DNA from: Daphnia carinata
Lineage: Eukaryota
Direction: 5' to 3'
Length of the DNA stretch: 64,000 nucleotides
Assembly: GCF_022539665.2 (NCBI RefSeq)
Contig: NC_081331.1
Span: 10,354,001-10,418,000 of the forward strand
Below, one piece after another: positions 45,726 to 60,650 of the stretch (its first letter is position 1; each line of letters starts with the position of its first letter). The notes under the pieces were generated by a model that was given only the letters and a program-made list of their open reading frames with translations, had not been told where the DNA came from and did not search any database. Both the position numbers and the translations under genes were made by a program.

Positions 45726-48700
45726 TTAAGCCAATTTGGTTGTCAGCGTTTGATGTGGACCCGAACCGCCCGTCATGCTGACAAAGTTGTCATAAAAAGC
45801 ATTGAGATGATTGGTGCTAGCTTCTTGCTTGATGTAAGTCTGGTGATGCGGCGACGAAACAAACGCGTGATGCGGATGCTGGACAGTCAGTCCCGCTCCC
45901 GCTGGCTGATGCGGATGGTGGACAGACGGGAAATTCAAGCTCTTTGCCGCCCCAAAATAGTGGTGCTGATGATGTTGATGGTGACTCATAGGTCCGTGAC
46001 TGTGATGAAGCCGGACCTGCTGTTGTTGTTGCTGCTGTTGGCCGGCATCAGAATGGTTCATCGAAGAGGACAGTAAATCTGCATTGACACGGCACACCAA
46101 AAAAGGGGTTGAATACATTAGCCGAACAAGCCATTAAAAGACACAAAATACAAAAATAAAATTCTCTGAATTGTACCTCGCTCTGTTGATTTCGAATGCA
46201 AGTCCGATTGCATCCGGTCGATTTTGATGCCGCCGATCAGATGATTTGAAGACGACGAGGAACCGTTGTGCTGATGGGGATGGTGGTGATGATGTGAACC
46301 GATGCCAACGCCAATGCTACTGGAGTGCTGATGGTCCATTGAAGCCGCTCCTGCAGCTACCGAATTTGTGTGATTGGCTGCCGCCGCTGCCGCTACAGCC
46401 GCCGCCGCTGCCGCCGCCGCCGAGTTGCTCTTGGGTTTGCGCTTGCGCGTCTGAATACCATCTTTCCGCATGGCTAGCGGCCGGTTAACGCCGTGCAGTT
46501 TATGATACAATCCACAAGCATTGCAAACCGGCTCTCCCTCCGCATTTCGGCGCCATAAAGTCGTAGTGGTGGTACCACAATTCGTGCAGCAGAGACCCAA
46601 TCGTCTGGTCGCACTCTGCAAAAGTTATGACGGAAGGGACGGAAGGGAAAAAACAAAACAAGACAACCAGTTTAGCCTCGTTATCGTTTCAAGTGTAAGA
46701 CGCACGCAATCCTCGAAATAACGTTTGTCGAAATATTTAAGATTGACATGACGTTATCTCGTCCTGAAGAAATCCACCCATTGAATAATTAAAGAAAAAC
46801 TGAAATGGTCATCGCGTTCCCTGTGGTTGCAAATAACGAATGGATATTGGCTATGATGCCATGGAACGTTGCTCTGAAATTATAAGTGAAGTCCTTGAAT
46901 CCCCCCCCCCCGCGAACTTATTAAACGCTGTGATGGCGTAATAAAAATAAAAAAGCCTTTTAAGACTGAAAAGAGCCCTCTAGCCGTGCCCGCATGACAG
47001 ATTTTCACGTAAATGCAAAAATCGTGTACGTATTATAGGTTTAGAGTATATTGGAAAACAAAACAAACAAACAAAAAAAAAAGACGAAACTCACCAGTCG
47101 GCGAGGAGGCTTCAGCAGAGGGCGATTGATTCCGTTGTTCATCTTGTGGTAAAGACCACAAGCATTGCACAAATAATGGCCAGTGCCGTCGCGACGCCAA
47201 AGAGGCGTTGAAATGGAGCCGCAGTTGACGCATTCTCTGCCTTCCAAATAACTCGAAGCATCTTCCACTGTAAAAAAACAAACAAAAAAAAAACAATAAA
47301 TATTTTAGCAATATAAACAAATTCACGAAACTCACGTCTCTCGCCTGGCCTAAGTAAGAAATTTACGTTACGAAAATGCGTAACTTATTTGGCTCTGTTC
47401 TACTTATACGCCCGTCACGTGATTGGTGATCTACGGCTAGCCAGTTAAATGCAACTTCTTTTTTTTTTTTTTTTTTTTTTGGAAGGGGGAGGAAGAAGCG
47501 AACTTGTTTTTTTTCATTCCGTTCATCTATGAGGTCATGGGCGGAAACGAGCCCATCATACTTTGGCAAAGACGTAATGAGGGCTATAGAAGAGCGGAGG
47601 GGGGAGGAAGAATGTCATTTATTTCTATACCAAAAAAAAAAAAGACGGTAAGCAAAAGTCTGGATACTTGTAGGCCTAGTAGTCTACAAACCTCCCCCCT
47701 CTTTCGGGGAAAAAGAAAATGAAAAAAAAAACAAAAAACGCCATCGTTTAAGTCTCGTTAAGTATTACTTTAGTGGAAAAGAGGACCACTGTTCGGCTGG
47801 TTACCTTGGCTATGCCGGCGCGAAGCAGAAAACACGCAATCAAATAAGCCATTTCATTTCAATCGTACGGCTTTAAATATCTTATAGATGAGATTAGATG
47901 CTACCACTTATACTGCTACTACTACATACTATAGACGCAGTCATAAAAACCCCTAGCATATTGGGGAATCGGTTGGCATAATCACGCCGAAAAACAGTCG
48001 GTTTCTTTTTCTCCCCTTTTCTTCCTTCATGGCGATTGGAAATTGTTTTTTAAAAGAAACGGAAAAACAATCGAAAGATACTGAAATTAAAAGCAGAATA
48101 AAATAAGAAAAAAGAAAGAAGAGGACAGAAGGTGAGTATCAGCCTATAAGGTGAAACGTGTGGCGACGGAGGACTTTTGTCTGTGTGCGTTTTGTGCTAC
48201 ACCACCAACACACACACACACTCAGGTGGAAACGAGAGATAACCATCCGCTGCCGGACAGCCCTCCATCCATCAGCCATAGAGAAGGACAGCAAGAGACA
48301 AGAGGACGCACAAAAAAAAAAAAAAGAAAGAAAGAAAAAAAAAGAAAAAACATAACGAAAAAGAATAGAAGAAAAACAACAAGCTGCTGAACCTCTTTCT
48401 CTCTTTTCGTCTATATGTTCTGCCATGGAGTTTTTTTGTCTTTCTAGTCGCACTGGCTCCAATGCTTTCATCGACAACATTGTCTCCCGTATATAAAGCT
48501 CTCACAGCATAGTTGTTTTTCTTATGTTTTTTTTTTTTTTTTTTTTTAATTCCTTTTGTTTGTTGTTTTTTTTTTTTGTGGGTTTTCAGTCTCCTTTTTT
48601 GCTTTTCCCATTTTGTTTGCTTTTCGTCTCTCGCTCCCATCAGCTGACAAATCGACCCCTCTCTCATTGATTGATTTCTCTTATAGGCTACACACACACA

Positions 48701-49867
48701 CGGAGAGAGATACACACTCAGAGTGGGAATGATTGCACGGCAGTCAGACCTCTAGAAATAAATGGAAAGTCAATCACCCACACACATACATAAAAAAAAA
48801 AAAAAAAAAAAGGTTAATTGCTAGATGATTGTCAACCGTCCAGGACGATTATCGTCCACCAGAATTTTCCCACAGTATACGCTAATGTGCCAGGATCCCG
48901 CTTGCTAAAGCGTTGCAAGTTTGAAAATGGGCTTTTCTTATTAGACATGTTGGTATGCTTACGCATTACGTCTCAACACAACTCGTTTTTTCTTTCCACC
49001 ATTCGAGGGCCTAACGTGCTAAAGAGTAACAGGTCCCGACGTGCGTAACCCAACGAAACATGTTGATGGCAGGATAAAAAAAATTCTCCGATTAGCTAAT
49101 CAATGAGCCAACGACACCCATCAACTGCTAATAGAAATATTTGATTCCAAATAGCCCCATCAATCGATCTTGCAGTGGATGCAAGAAATAAGCGTTTCCA
49201 AAGTGTTCAATACGAAGACGTAAAAAAAAACAAACAAAAAAAAAAAAACAAAAAAAAACTATAACAGCGTGGAAAGAGACATGAAACAGAGAACCAGAAT
49301 ATGGCTGCTGCTGCTTTATATTGCGTGATCTGGCCATCAAGCGCTTCGTTTTTTTTTTTTTTCTTCTTATAATAAGTCTTTTTTTTTTCTTTCTTTCTTT
49401 CTTTTTTGGCCTGTTTCAAGAAGCTCAACAGCTTTGGCGTTTTCCAGCTTTTTAAAGAGCCAAATAGAGCGCAAGAACAGCAGCGAACAGCACTTTTCCC
49501 CCCAACGCGACCGCTACAACATGAGAGAGAGAGAGAGAGAGAGACAGAGAAGAGGAATTTGTCTTGCATAATATATATGCTGGGAGATGGAGCAGAAGAG
49601 TGAAAACGAGATGGCAAAGGGGAAAGAAAAAAAAAAAGAGGTTTTCTTCTTCTTCTTCTTCTTCTTGTATGCACTGCTATACACTCCTGACTAGTGCAAC
49701 ACACACCAGACATTTGGCGGCGGCGGCGGTGGTGGTGGCGGCGGCGTCGCCAGCCGTAGACCGGTCCCGCTTCATCACGGTCAAGTGCCGGGGCCCCTGA
49801 ACTGGCTGCCAGCTTTCACATGGGCAAAAGTGGAGAGGTGCTCTTTATTCTCCGTTCTTTCTTATAA

Positions 49868-49899
<32 letters not shown>

Positions 49900-51326
49900 T
49901 CTTTTTCCTAAGAGGAGGAACAACAACAACAGACAAAAAAAGAAGAACTTTGCGTGTGTTTACTCTATACCCTCTTTTTTCATTATTTGGAAATTTAGCT
50001 TTTTTCCCAGTTTCCGACCTCGCATCTGCTTCCATTGAACTTGCAAGAAGAATGCACGAGGTTCGGTGTACGTATATAGGTTAGGTTATGTCATAACAAA
50101 ATAGACTGGCGCTCTCAAGTGCCCTATGCCGCTCCTCGTCGCAATAACGCGCAGACGATACAATAAGAAATTTACCAAGTGATGAAACTCTTTTTTTTTT
50201 TTTTTTTTTATTTAAATAAAAACGAAATGAAGTTTGCGTTTTAGTTCTGATTGGCTGTCGATTTTTTTTTTTTATAGATGGGATCCGGCTAATTTCTTAT
50301 TCGTACCCGATGACTAATGAGATTAGTTTTTTTTTTTTTTCAAACGCGATAATCGGCCTCACTTAAAAACGGAACTTCATAACGGCATTTGATGTTCCAG
50401 GTATTCTATTTTTCTTCTTTCTCTTCTTTTTTTGGTAAGTCGGGAGGGGGAGGGGGGATGGTTAGAGCTGTCTTCTAAACTTTTTTTAATAGATGGTATA
50501 ATGGTTCCGGTTTGACCGCCTTTTTGTTTTTTTTTTTTTTTTTTTTTTTTTTTTGAAGAGGGTGACACACACAAAAAGAGAAAAAAAACCCACACGACCC
50601 AACGAGAAAAAGAAAAAAAAAAAGGATTTTTCTTGATTTTAAAGTTTTTGGGTTTTGTCTTCTTTGTCGCGCGGTCGGTTCAGGTCGGTCGTCGCGGCGG
50701 GACGATCACTTTGAGGCGATAAGATTGTTTCGCTGTTCGTCAGCTAAGTAGGCGATGGCTATCTCGGATATAATAGCATCTCTCAACCGCGCCGTCGTCG
50801 ATTATATCCTTCCTTCCTTTTCCCTCCCACCCCCTCCTTGCTGGTTTGTTGCCATAATAATATATTACCACGGGATCATTTTCTTCTCTTTCTCTTTTTT
50901 TTTTTTTTCTTTGCTGTTTTTGTTTTATTTTATTCTCAGCTTCCCATCAGTCTCTTTTTTGAACAAAAAATTTTCTGCGCCCAGTTTATCCGAGTTTGGC
51001 TTGACATATACGGAGCTGGTCCTGTCGGACATGGTCAAACTCGACGTGTCCACTTTACCGACATGGCGAATTTTTCTGGAATTGTGTACACATTTTCTGT
51101 GTCTCCATCAAAAAATGACTCAATGGAAAAAAAGAAAAAAAAAAGGAGACCGGTTCCTGCGCTTTGTCAAGTCCGCACCTTTCACCGCTTGAGAAATACA
51201 CGGCGCAGTATATCCGCCATCATCATCAAAATTCAGAATGAATTATCGTCATCATATGTTGCACGCAGAGAAGAAAAAAAAACTGGTATTACAGACACAG
51301 ACGTGGCGCCAAATCAGAAAAAAATA

Positions 51327-51357
<31 letters not shown>

Positions 51358-52981
51358 TTTTTTTCAATTTTTATGTATTTTTTTTTTTATTGGAGTATTC
51401 AAATTATCCCCAGATTCCCCCCTTTGGGCTATATACGCGCAAGCGGCATCATCTCGGCGGCATTGGCTATCGTTTGTCTCTTGCAAAGAAAATACTATAA
51501 ACTGGCCGGCTATTATAATATCAAGCTTTGCGTCTCCTTTGTGTCTTCCCACTGTCTCCATTATACATCCGTAACGGCCCATAAGATAACAATTAACACC
51601 GACCAGTCACGAGACTATGGGAAGGGGGGGGGGGCCGCCAAACCCGAGAATCTCTCTTTTACAGCCATTTATGGACGAAAATGGATTTCAAGCTGTCCCA
51701 CTTTGTTACGCAGTTGCCTGATCCGCAGCATTTCGTTTTTAACGACTATACACAACTATTATTCGATAGAGGGTTTTCTAAAGTGCGCATTAGAGTGCTA
51801 AATACTAAATAATACAAACAAGTGACAGTGATTGCTAGTGCGTTTGTTTCTTACCGTATGAGGAGTGATGTTGGAAGCTCTGATGGTGAAACGACCCGTC
51901 GTGCGGATGGTGATAGGCTCCTCGAGTCCAGGGCGACAGGTTGGCGGCGGCGGCGGCTGCGGCGGCGGCAGCCGCTGCTGCTGCGTGGTGATGGTGATGG
52001 TAGGCGGAATAGGCGCCAAAACCACTCGAAGCTGTCAATTTTTTTTTTTTTTAAACCACAAAAAAATCCAGTTTTCTTAAGCAATTCAGATGAGTAAGAC
52101 AAGAACTAGCAGTTAACTATTTATACTTGTCATATTCTTTTTTTTTTTTTTCTAAAAACAAACTACGTAATCCTAATGTGAATAATAACATCTAGAATAC
52201 AATGCACATTTTTGCAGGCCTATCATTCGCTTAGCCTATGAGCTGTCAAATTTATACCTGCAGTGGAACTTAGAGCGGCGGCTGCGGCCGCCGGAAGAGC
52301 CATCGACATGGTGGAGTAGGCGGCCGAATGGATGGAAGATGCGGCTGAAACTGCGACGGCAGTCGACGTTGAGGACGAACTTCCAGTTGCTCCACCAGCG
52401 CCTGCACTGCTATTGTTATAATCACGCGAACTAATCATTCCGGCGTTGGACGGCGATGAAGAGGAACAAATGCCGCCGGAAGAGGACGAGCTGGTGATGG
52501 CGGCAGACGTCGAACCGGAAGACGAGAAAGCCAATCTTCCGGGCATGACGGATGGATTGTAGGCCGAAGCTGACGGATGAAACATGGAACCTCCTGGACT
52601 GCCAATATGATCAGATGATACCCATCCACCCGAATTGTGTCCGTTCAGATGAACACCTCCGCCGGAAGGGCTACCGGTGCTACTGCTGCCACTAGATCCA
52701 GAGGCAGCCGCTGTCAACATACTGGAAGAAGCTCCAGCTGATGAGCCGGACGAGCCAGAATTTGCCAGGCCTCCGCTCGATCCGGCGGCTGCGACGGCAA
52801 CGGCTGCAGCGGCCGCCGCCGCCCGGCCACTCATGTAGGCCAAATAATTGTGATGTTGCTGATCGGCTGCGGACGGACTCACATTTCCTCCACCGCCTCC
52901 TCCACCTCCGCCATTGCCGGAGCTGCCACTGCTTCCGCCGTGATGGTGAGACGGAAGATTTTGATGGTGATGATGAAACAT
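45726..52981 (-). CDS. pnr: GATA4/5/6-class transcription factor, pannier-type, two zinc fingers
   Basis: Exons 52981-52258, 52031-51855, 47267-47095 ([35 protein letters not shown]), 46615-46177 ([61 protein letters not shown]), 46078-45726. The GLCCTNC and [15 protein letters not shown] signatures match insect Pannier as I recall it. Confidence 0.9.
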
Positions 52982-54591
52982 TATTGCAGATCTCTATGCC
53001 CGGTTTGATCCAATTTTTTTTTTTTTTTCACGATCTAATCAAAACAAATGTAATGAAATAGAGAAAATTTCAACGTTAGTTTTAAGGCCTAGATGCAGGC
53101 TTATCTATCGACATAAACGTGATGACGCGATACAAAAATTGGAATTTTGAATGAACGTAAGGTGCGAGTTAGAAAAAGGCCGCTTAATCAAATTGCGTGA
53201 AACTCAGATAATTTTATCGCCCCCCCCCAAAAAAAATATCGAGACAAAGACCGAATCGATAATATTGATTAAAAAGTTTGTAAAAAAAACACGACAGCAA
53301 AGTTCGCAAATGGCCGTGACAAAGTTATCACATCATATCGTGTGTCGCCATTCCACAGCAGGCGATTGGGATAAGATGCGGCCTTTTTGGCTTGACAAAC
53401 TCCCTCTTCTCCATGCTTGGCCAGTAGTGGCCCCCAAAATAGCCTAATCTGTTGTCGCATAATAGCGCAGTGTTATGAGCCCATTATCTTTTGACGTCAG
53501 TCGACAGAACGAGTTCATCCAATCGTTTTCTTGTTACGTAATTAAATCGACTATAAATCGCCCCTATTAAAGCCTTTCCTTCCATCGCTTAGCTGTGCGT
53601 ACATTTATGCAAATCGCGAGTGTCAAAGCCTTCGGCGATTCACAACACACGCGAAAGAACTCGGTCTAGGGTTAACACGCTCAAACCATACGCGATAGCC
53701 ACGTCAATGCGTATAAGAGTGTTACAATGGGTGTTACATTTTTCAAATCGCTAAAAAAAAAAAAAAAAAAAAAAAAAATCCTGTTTTTGCAACAATGTGC
53801 TACTAAGATACAAACACTAGTGTCTCGAGGATGTTCATAAATCAGCGGAAGTGATGCCCTATGCTTCGGAAAGAGACACTCCGGCGGATTGTGGAATTTG
53901 CGAGGGGCCTACAAACTACGAGAATGTAACACTATAGCCAAGAGCAGATGGGGGCACTGCTTTGAAAGAGGAGAGCAATTGGTCCAGTTGTTTAGGCCGG
54001 AAAAAGCGCGAAAAACAGGGTGCAAAATAAAAAAAAAAAAGGGTAACATATCGAAAAGAGTTAGTTGCCTGGCGTGGTTGTTTCCCGGGGTCAACTTGTT
54101 GTCGCCCCCGAAAGCATCATTAACCGCACCGACGGAGGTACTCGGTCACGCCGCATCTGTACGGCTATTTGTGTGTGTAGGCCGACTTTAACGGAGCGAA
54201 ATGGTCCGAGCGCGCACATGTGACGTGCAGACCGTCACCGCCAGAACTAAAGAGTGACTCTCAAATTCAATGGCGCGATGAATTACGACGAGACGGCCGT
54301 TAAAATTTAACACGGCTCCCGAAGAACGCTCAATTTATTGGACAATAATGGCCGCCCTTACGGTTTAGAATATCTCAGAAATAGTGACAGCGTAAACTGT
54401 TTGTTATTTCCCATATTTTTTTTTCTTTTTTTTTTTTTTTCTTTGTGTATGCGCATTCGAAAACATATTTTCATCATTGAAAAAAAATATTTCTAATTAT
54501 TTCCAGACCGGCATATTTTTCGAAGGCCAGCACCAGTGACGCGGTAGCGAGTAACCAAACAAGAACGTAAGGACAAGCGGCGAGGGGAACC

Positions 54592-54622
<31 letters not shown>

Positions 54623-57094
54623 GCGGATTGGAAGCGTACGCGACTCATCATCGTCCCTAGACAAGTGACATCTCTCTCTTTTTTCTCAACATTATATCCA
54701 TGTATAAATATACAAAAGATATTCAGAAAAAAAAAAAAAAAAAAAAGGAAGAGACTGTCAGTGTGGTAGAAGTGTCTTTTCAACCCTGCATATAGGCCCC
54801 TCATCTAGGCGTTTGCGTCGGTCCCCTGTTTTGTTTGTGTGATGTGTTATTCGGGCCGGAATGTTTTCTTACAAAAAATATTTCGCCCCCTTATCTCTTC
54901 GTCCAATACCTTCTGCGCTACCGGGACCCCGCGCTCGTCGTCGACATTCCAGTCATCATCATCGCGAAAGAATATACATATATATATCTAATAACATATC
55001 CGTCATATTTTTATACTTCCGAAATGTGATGCGCTTTTTTGAAGGCAGTGCGGAGGGGGATGTAACGTTATGCAAGAAGAACGGCCAGAAAAACAGCCAG
55101 GAAAAACATCCACTATTTATAGGTTGGCAGCCGCAATATAGAAAAAGAAAAAGGCCAGCGAGTCTCTCTGTACGCGCGATCTAATCTTATCCCGCGAGCT
55201 CATTAGCCCTGACACTGATCATCATCCTATCTGATGGTAGCACGAGTTTCTTTAGTTTGCGCTCTTTCGCTGACTTGCTGTGTGCCTCGAAAAACTCTAT
55301 TGCTGCTGCTGCTGCTTCGCACCGAAACGTACAGATCCTCTGCCAGCACAGCGAGCGGCCAGGGCCGATAACAAAAATATTAAGAAAAACATAAGACGAT
55401 AGGCAAAGTCTCTCTCGGCAAAAGGACAATGAGATGTTTGCCTGCGACCCCCGAAATCAAGCCAGCGTAACGATTGAAAATAACAGGCCGACACGGGCAG
55501 ACGACGAGGTGTTGAAAAGTCTCACCTGATCCACCAGGCGAGACAAGGAACAAAACTTCAAACAAGAAAAAAATGTCTTTTTAATACACTGACTGAATGA
55601 CATTTCTATTCGTTTTTGTTTGTTTTTCTGTCCCTCCATTTTTTTTTTCTTTCGTCCGTGTTATTTTTTTTTTTTTTTTTTTTTTTACACTACCGGTTTC
55701 GAAGGTTGTATTGGGCTGGAGTTCTATACAAGGAAAAGAGCTTTTAATCCTGTGATGCGCCACCAACTAGATAATCAGGCCGGTGCAAGTCAACGAAAGT
55801 GAAGGGGTTTTCTTTTTTTTTTTTTTTTTTCTCTCTCTTTTCCCCTCTCTTCACCGCAACCAAATTGAATTTTGTGGGCTGATTGACTTTGACTCAACTT
55901 GTCACTGATTGACTTTTTGGGGAGGAAAAAAAAAAAAAAAAACTAGGAGTAAAGAAGAAGAAGACGGATGAGTTGTCGCCACCAGATGGCCATCAATGTC
56001 CAACACCCTTCTTCGTCGCCTCGTAGCCCTCCCAACTTTTTTGAACTTTGCCTTGCGCGTCCTTTTCTTTTTCGACTTTGATATAATCAGTCCAATTAGT
56101 CTTGCCATCGACCCTAATATATATATATATACACATCCAACGTTTTTTTTTTTTTTACAGCGGTAGCGGGGCCGGACAGTTTTCCTCGGCTGGCATTCTA
56201 CGCTCCCCCGTATACAAGAGCGTCTTCTTGTGTATAGGCTGCAAAACGAAAAAGATTGCCAGCGAGAAATAGAAAAATTCAAAAAATTCTTCGAGCGGAA
56301 AAATAGTCGAGAGAGAGAGAGAGAGAGAGAGCGAGTGCAGAAGCAGAAAGGAGAAAAGAAGAGTCAAGATTAGAGAGCGACAGAAAGAGGCGTGGTCGTG
56401 AGGAAACGGTTTCATTCCGTGGTGGCCCGCGCGGCACGTGCCATGCCCATCATCCCCCCTCCCCACCCCGAAAAAAAAAAAAAGTCAAGCAACGGCAGTG
56501 TCAGTGCTGAGATGCCGTTGCTCCGTGTCGCGGCGAGAGATCTTCCTGATAAACATCTCATCAACCCCTCCCCATTCGTCCCCATATACAGTTGAATGAT
56601 GATGGAATCTCATCTTCATCATCCTCCTCCCCCCCCCCCTCCCTGTTCTCATCTACGAGGATATAAACAGCGACTACGCGGCTTTCTTGACGAAGCCAAA
56701 TTATAAATAAGGCGAACCTGTCTTTATACGTTTCAAACTGATCAATCATCTGAAGAAAAACAAAGTCAACGGGGAGCCCTTCCGTTTTCTGGAAAGTCCA
56801 AACAATGCAAATTGAGTTGGGCGGCGGTGTTTCATGCCAAAGCAGATTTAGCACAACGGTTAACTATGTAATCCTAAACTATTAAAAGCAAAACCGAAAA
56901 AGAAAAGCTTGACCGCCGGTATCTTAATCATGAGAAGAGATTAAAGCTCGCATACGTCTAATTCACAAACTGCCATCGGCGAAGAGAACAATTATTTGCG
57001 TGCGTATGTAATACATTGATTGCGCGGTCGATTGCTAATGACGGGCACCGCTCCGTTTTTATCAGCCACTCTTCCGGGCGGAATGAACTACCAG

Positions 57095-57096
<2 letters not shown>

Positions 57097-57128
<32 letters not shown>
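57097..57128. repeat. (CA)n microsatellite
   Basis: CA dinucleotide run. Confidence 0.9.
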
Positions 57129-57130
<2 letters not shown>

Positions 57131-58844
57131 CCGACATGAATCGTTTTTTTTTTTTTTAAGCTGCAGGAAATTTTTCTGAATTAAAAATCAAAACTTTTGT
57201 ATGAGCCGGCGGGATAGAGAGGAGGGATAGTCAAGACGACAACATTCAATCCTAATGGATGGAAACTTGTTTCGCTATCACAAAACGTGAGAGCCGCAAT
57301 CAGCATGAGCATGCTAGACTTACATACATACATGCTGTGCGACAAAGAGTGAATCACGTATAAGGTAAATTCCTGACGAGTCTTTTTTTTTTTTTTTTTT
57401 TCACGATAAAAAAAAATTATTTCAAGTTTTTCTTACCGGAAATGGATGAATGGAGGATGCAGTCGGGTAATTTCAGCGGCTGCCGATCAAAGGAAAAAAA
57501 AAAACAGACGTCCGGCAGATTGAGAGTGAAAAGGACCAGCGGACGAGACGTAACGGCCAACTTAGAAGACGAGAGCGAACACAAGAAGCCACACTTTTTG
57601 AGATGCCGCCGAGGGACTCACTGAACCAAAATCGGTCTCGGGGCTGGTGCTGGTTTCGTCCCGGTTGTTTCTTCTGCTAGGCGGGGCATTCAAGCTCCTC
57701 CTCCGCTTGTATCCTATTGGATACGGCTGCACCAATCACTACATAAAACCAAATAGTAGATGGACACATCATTCATTTTCTCTCAGCAAACTGCCATGCG
57801 ACTATAAGAACTGCTTTACCAGTGATTGTTTTGTTTGTTTTTTTTCCTTTCTTCTTCTTCTTGGAGAGGGTGGAACCCTCCCCAATTGTTTCTTTTGTCT
57901 TCGGTTCCTTTTTGAATCTCGTGCCGTACATACCGCAACCATATCCATCAATCGAGTAAATGGCGCCGGCTCTCGACCGACTTTGAGGTTCTATACCACA
58001 GGTTAATGAGCAAGCATCAATTAACATTATCTACCTTTTGATTTGTTTCCCTCTTTCCGGCAAGGAGGAAGAAAAACAAATAAAAGGAAAATAATTCTTC
58101 TTTGGTATATTGCTTGCATTTTTCCTACACACGAGCAGTAAACGGTGTTATAAGGCTCTAATGATCAGCCAAGGGAATTAAGTAATGTGAAATCAAAGAA
58201 GAAACAGAACAACATGCAGAAGAAGAACAGTGAAATCATGCAACTGTAAAAACACGAACCGGTGAAGGCTAAATAAGGCGATCTAAAAATGCTGTGGAGG
58301 TAACATTAATTACGAAGTAGGAATAAAAAGAAAACTAAAAATAAAATACAACCCCGGTATAGATGCTGTTGCAAGGCTGAAGCAATTCCATACCAATAAA
58401 ATCTCCAGATATAGACCGTCAGCCATGAACGTTATTACACCTTAATAGTCATTCGTATAATCTAAATATAAACATATCAGAAACAAACTCGAAATAGAGA
58501 AACTGTGGATACGAAACACAAAGCAACGGAAATACTTTGTCCGTAATTAATTCCGTGCAAAATATAATTCGTAGAAAATGCATATATATATACTTCGTAA
58601 TCAAATCAGCTTTGAATACTAACTCGTATATATGGTAACCAATGCAATTGCTTTCACGAGGAGAATCACAATGACTGTCATTATAATTTTTTTTTTGGGT
58701 CTATGTTTTGGGTATTGCTAATATAATCCCTAAGGTGCAATTTTGAAATCAGTGTTGTGTTGCTTTTGTCTAGGTTTTTTTTTGTGTGTTCGCTGTTATT
58801 ATTAGTATACTTATGTTTGTATCTTGGAGATGTTTGTAAGCAGA

Positions 58845-60619
58845 TCAGTCAATATGGCGATCAAATTGGCGGATGACGATGTTGGATGAAACCTCAGTGC
58901 CATTTGGTGATCCTCCGCGAGTCACCAAAGTCGATCCATGCATCATCAATACTGGCTCCAATGGAGGCAAACTGAAACGAACAATTGAAAAATCAAATTG
59001 AATTTGTAAAGAAAACGAAAGCTACCTTAAAAACTACAGTTGGTACATTGCATTTTATTTTCTAGCCTAAACTTTCTACATCGTAACCCTATAGGCAGAC
59101 TAGTCAGTACTCTTATGCTATCCCTCGAAAATTGAAACTTAAATTGCATTTAGCCTACATAGTATAATGATTACAATATTGAGTAGAAACTCGTATACTC
59201 GTTGTCTGTTTTTTTTTGTTTATTTTTGTTTTACGACTAAGAAAACTTTTTTTCCCCCTTCTTTTTGGCTACTACGGAGCTGTAATAAAGATATCGACTA
59301 AATTTATAATCTGACAGTTTTTTGTATAAAAAGAGTTACTGACATTCTATCCGTGTGCAAATGGTAGGCTAACTCTATAACTGGCTGACTGCAGCTGTAG
59401 GTGTGCTGATTATCGACCACTTACGTGTCGATTATAGTTGTTGGCGACCGGAAAAAAAAAAAAAGAAACACTGTTTGAATCTCAGATGCTTTTAGTGAAT
59501 ATAGAGGATAGATGTCATCATCATCGGAAAAGATATATGACAGTATTTGTTTCGTTTCTAATCAACTCCACCATGCAGGGAGGCAGAAAAAAAAAAGCTG
59601 CTAAAAAGCCATTAACTGACCATCAGATTCTTCAATTTCTCCAATTTGTATAGCAATCGAAACAGAAGACTATCGATTTCCTTCTCTCTCTCTCTTTCAC
59701 CTAAAAGTATCTTCGATACAGTCAATCAACGACAAGCACAAAAAAATAGATTCTACATCCAACGCGGACAAGAAAGTGGACTGCATATCGCATCAACGCA
59801 CACCCTAATTATCCGGACTGCTAAAGTGACGTGGATGACGTCACATCATAGAATAGAAGCAGAGCAAAGTCCCCGATAATACTAAAAGGATTGTTCTAAT
59901 ATGCACAGCTAATACGGACGAGAACGTGTTTAGTGCCCTGGTCAAGGTATATACAAACTTCCCCTTAGAAAAAAAAAAACAAAAAAAAAACACAACTGAC
60001 TTGCTAATGTGAGTGTTGAGGAAGGTAGTCGAAGGCAATTGGATGGGCGACTGATCGGCGTTGTTGGCGGTCGAGGCCTCGTCTTCCTGGCCATCGACTT
60101 GATGATGATGCTGTTGGTCGGCCTCACCGACGTCTTCATCGTTGCCGGCCGTCGATATCAACCCGGACGACGGGGTCATCAGGACTAGGGCTCCGCCATT
60201 GGCGACGGTCAGCGAAGAAGATGTGATGACTGTTGGAGTGTAATGAATCACTGCGCTAGTACCACTCAAAAGCTGGTCTGCTATGCGTATGAGAAATTGG
60301 AAAAATATTAAATGAACGAAAAATGTAATGGCAAAGCATATAGCTCCATCTCTAAAGATATATATATAGCTATTGCATTTTTGAGTTGTTTGGTTTAAAT
60401 GATATTTGGTTGAATTTATACTCTCATATAGGTGATTACTGGATATGGTGGCGAGTTCGTGATCGTCCGTTTCACCCAGTTCGTGCTTCATCTCTTCGTA
60501 GTGTTGGTGGAGTTGCGGGTGATGCTGGAGGTGCAACTGCGACGTCGATCCGGATTGGTGAATCAACTGCCCACCGGACGTGTGATTGCTTTTAGACCCT
60601 TTTGAAAGTAAGGATCATT

Positions 60620-60650
<31 letters not shown>

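Noticed and set aside
47300..51800. Many ORFs of 60-220 aa in the pannier intron (e.g. 50838-51500)
   Set aside because: Poly-F and poly-K products from homopolymer runs with alternative starts; no splice or codon support.
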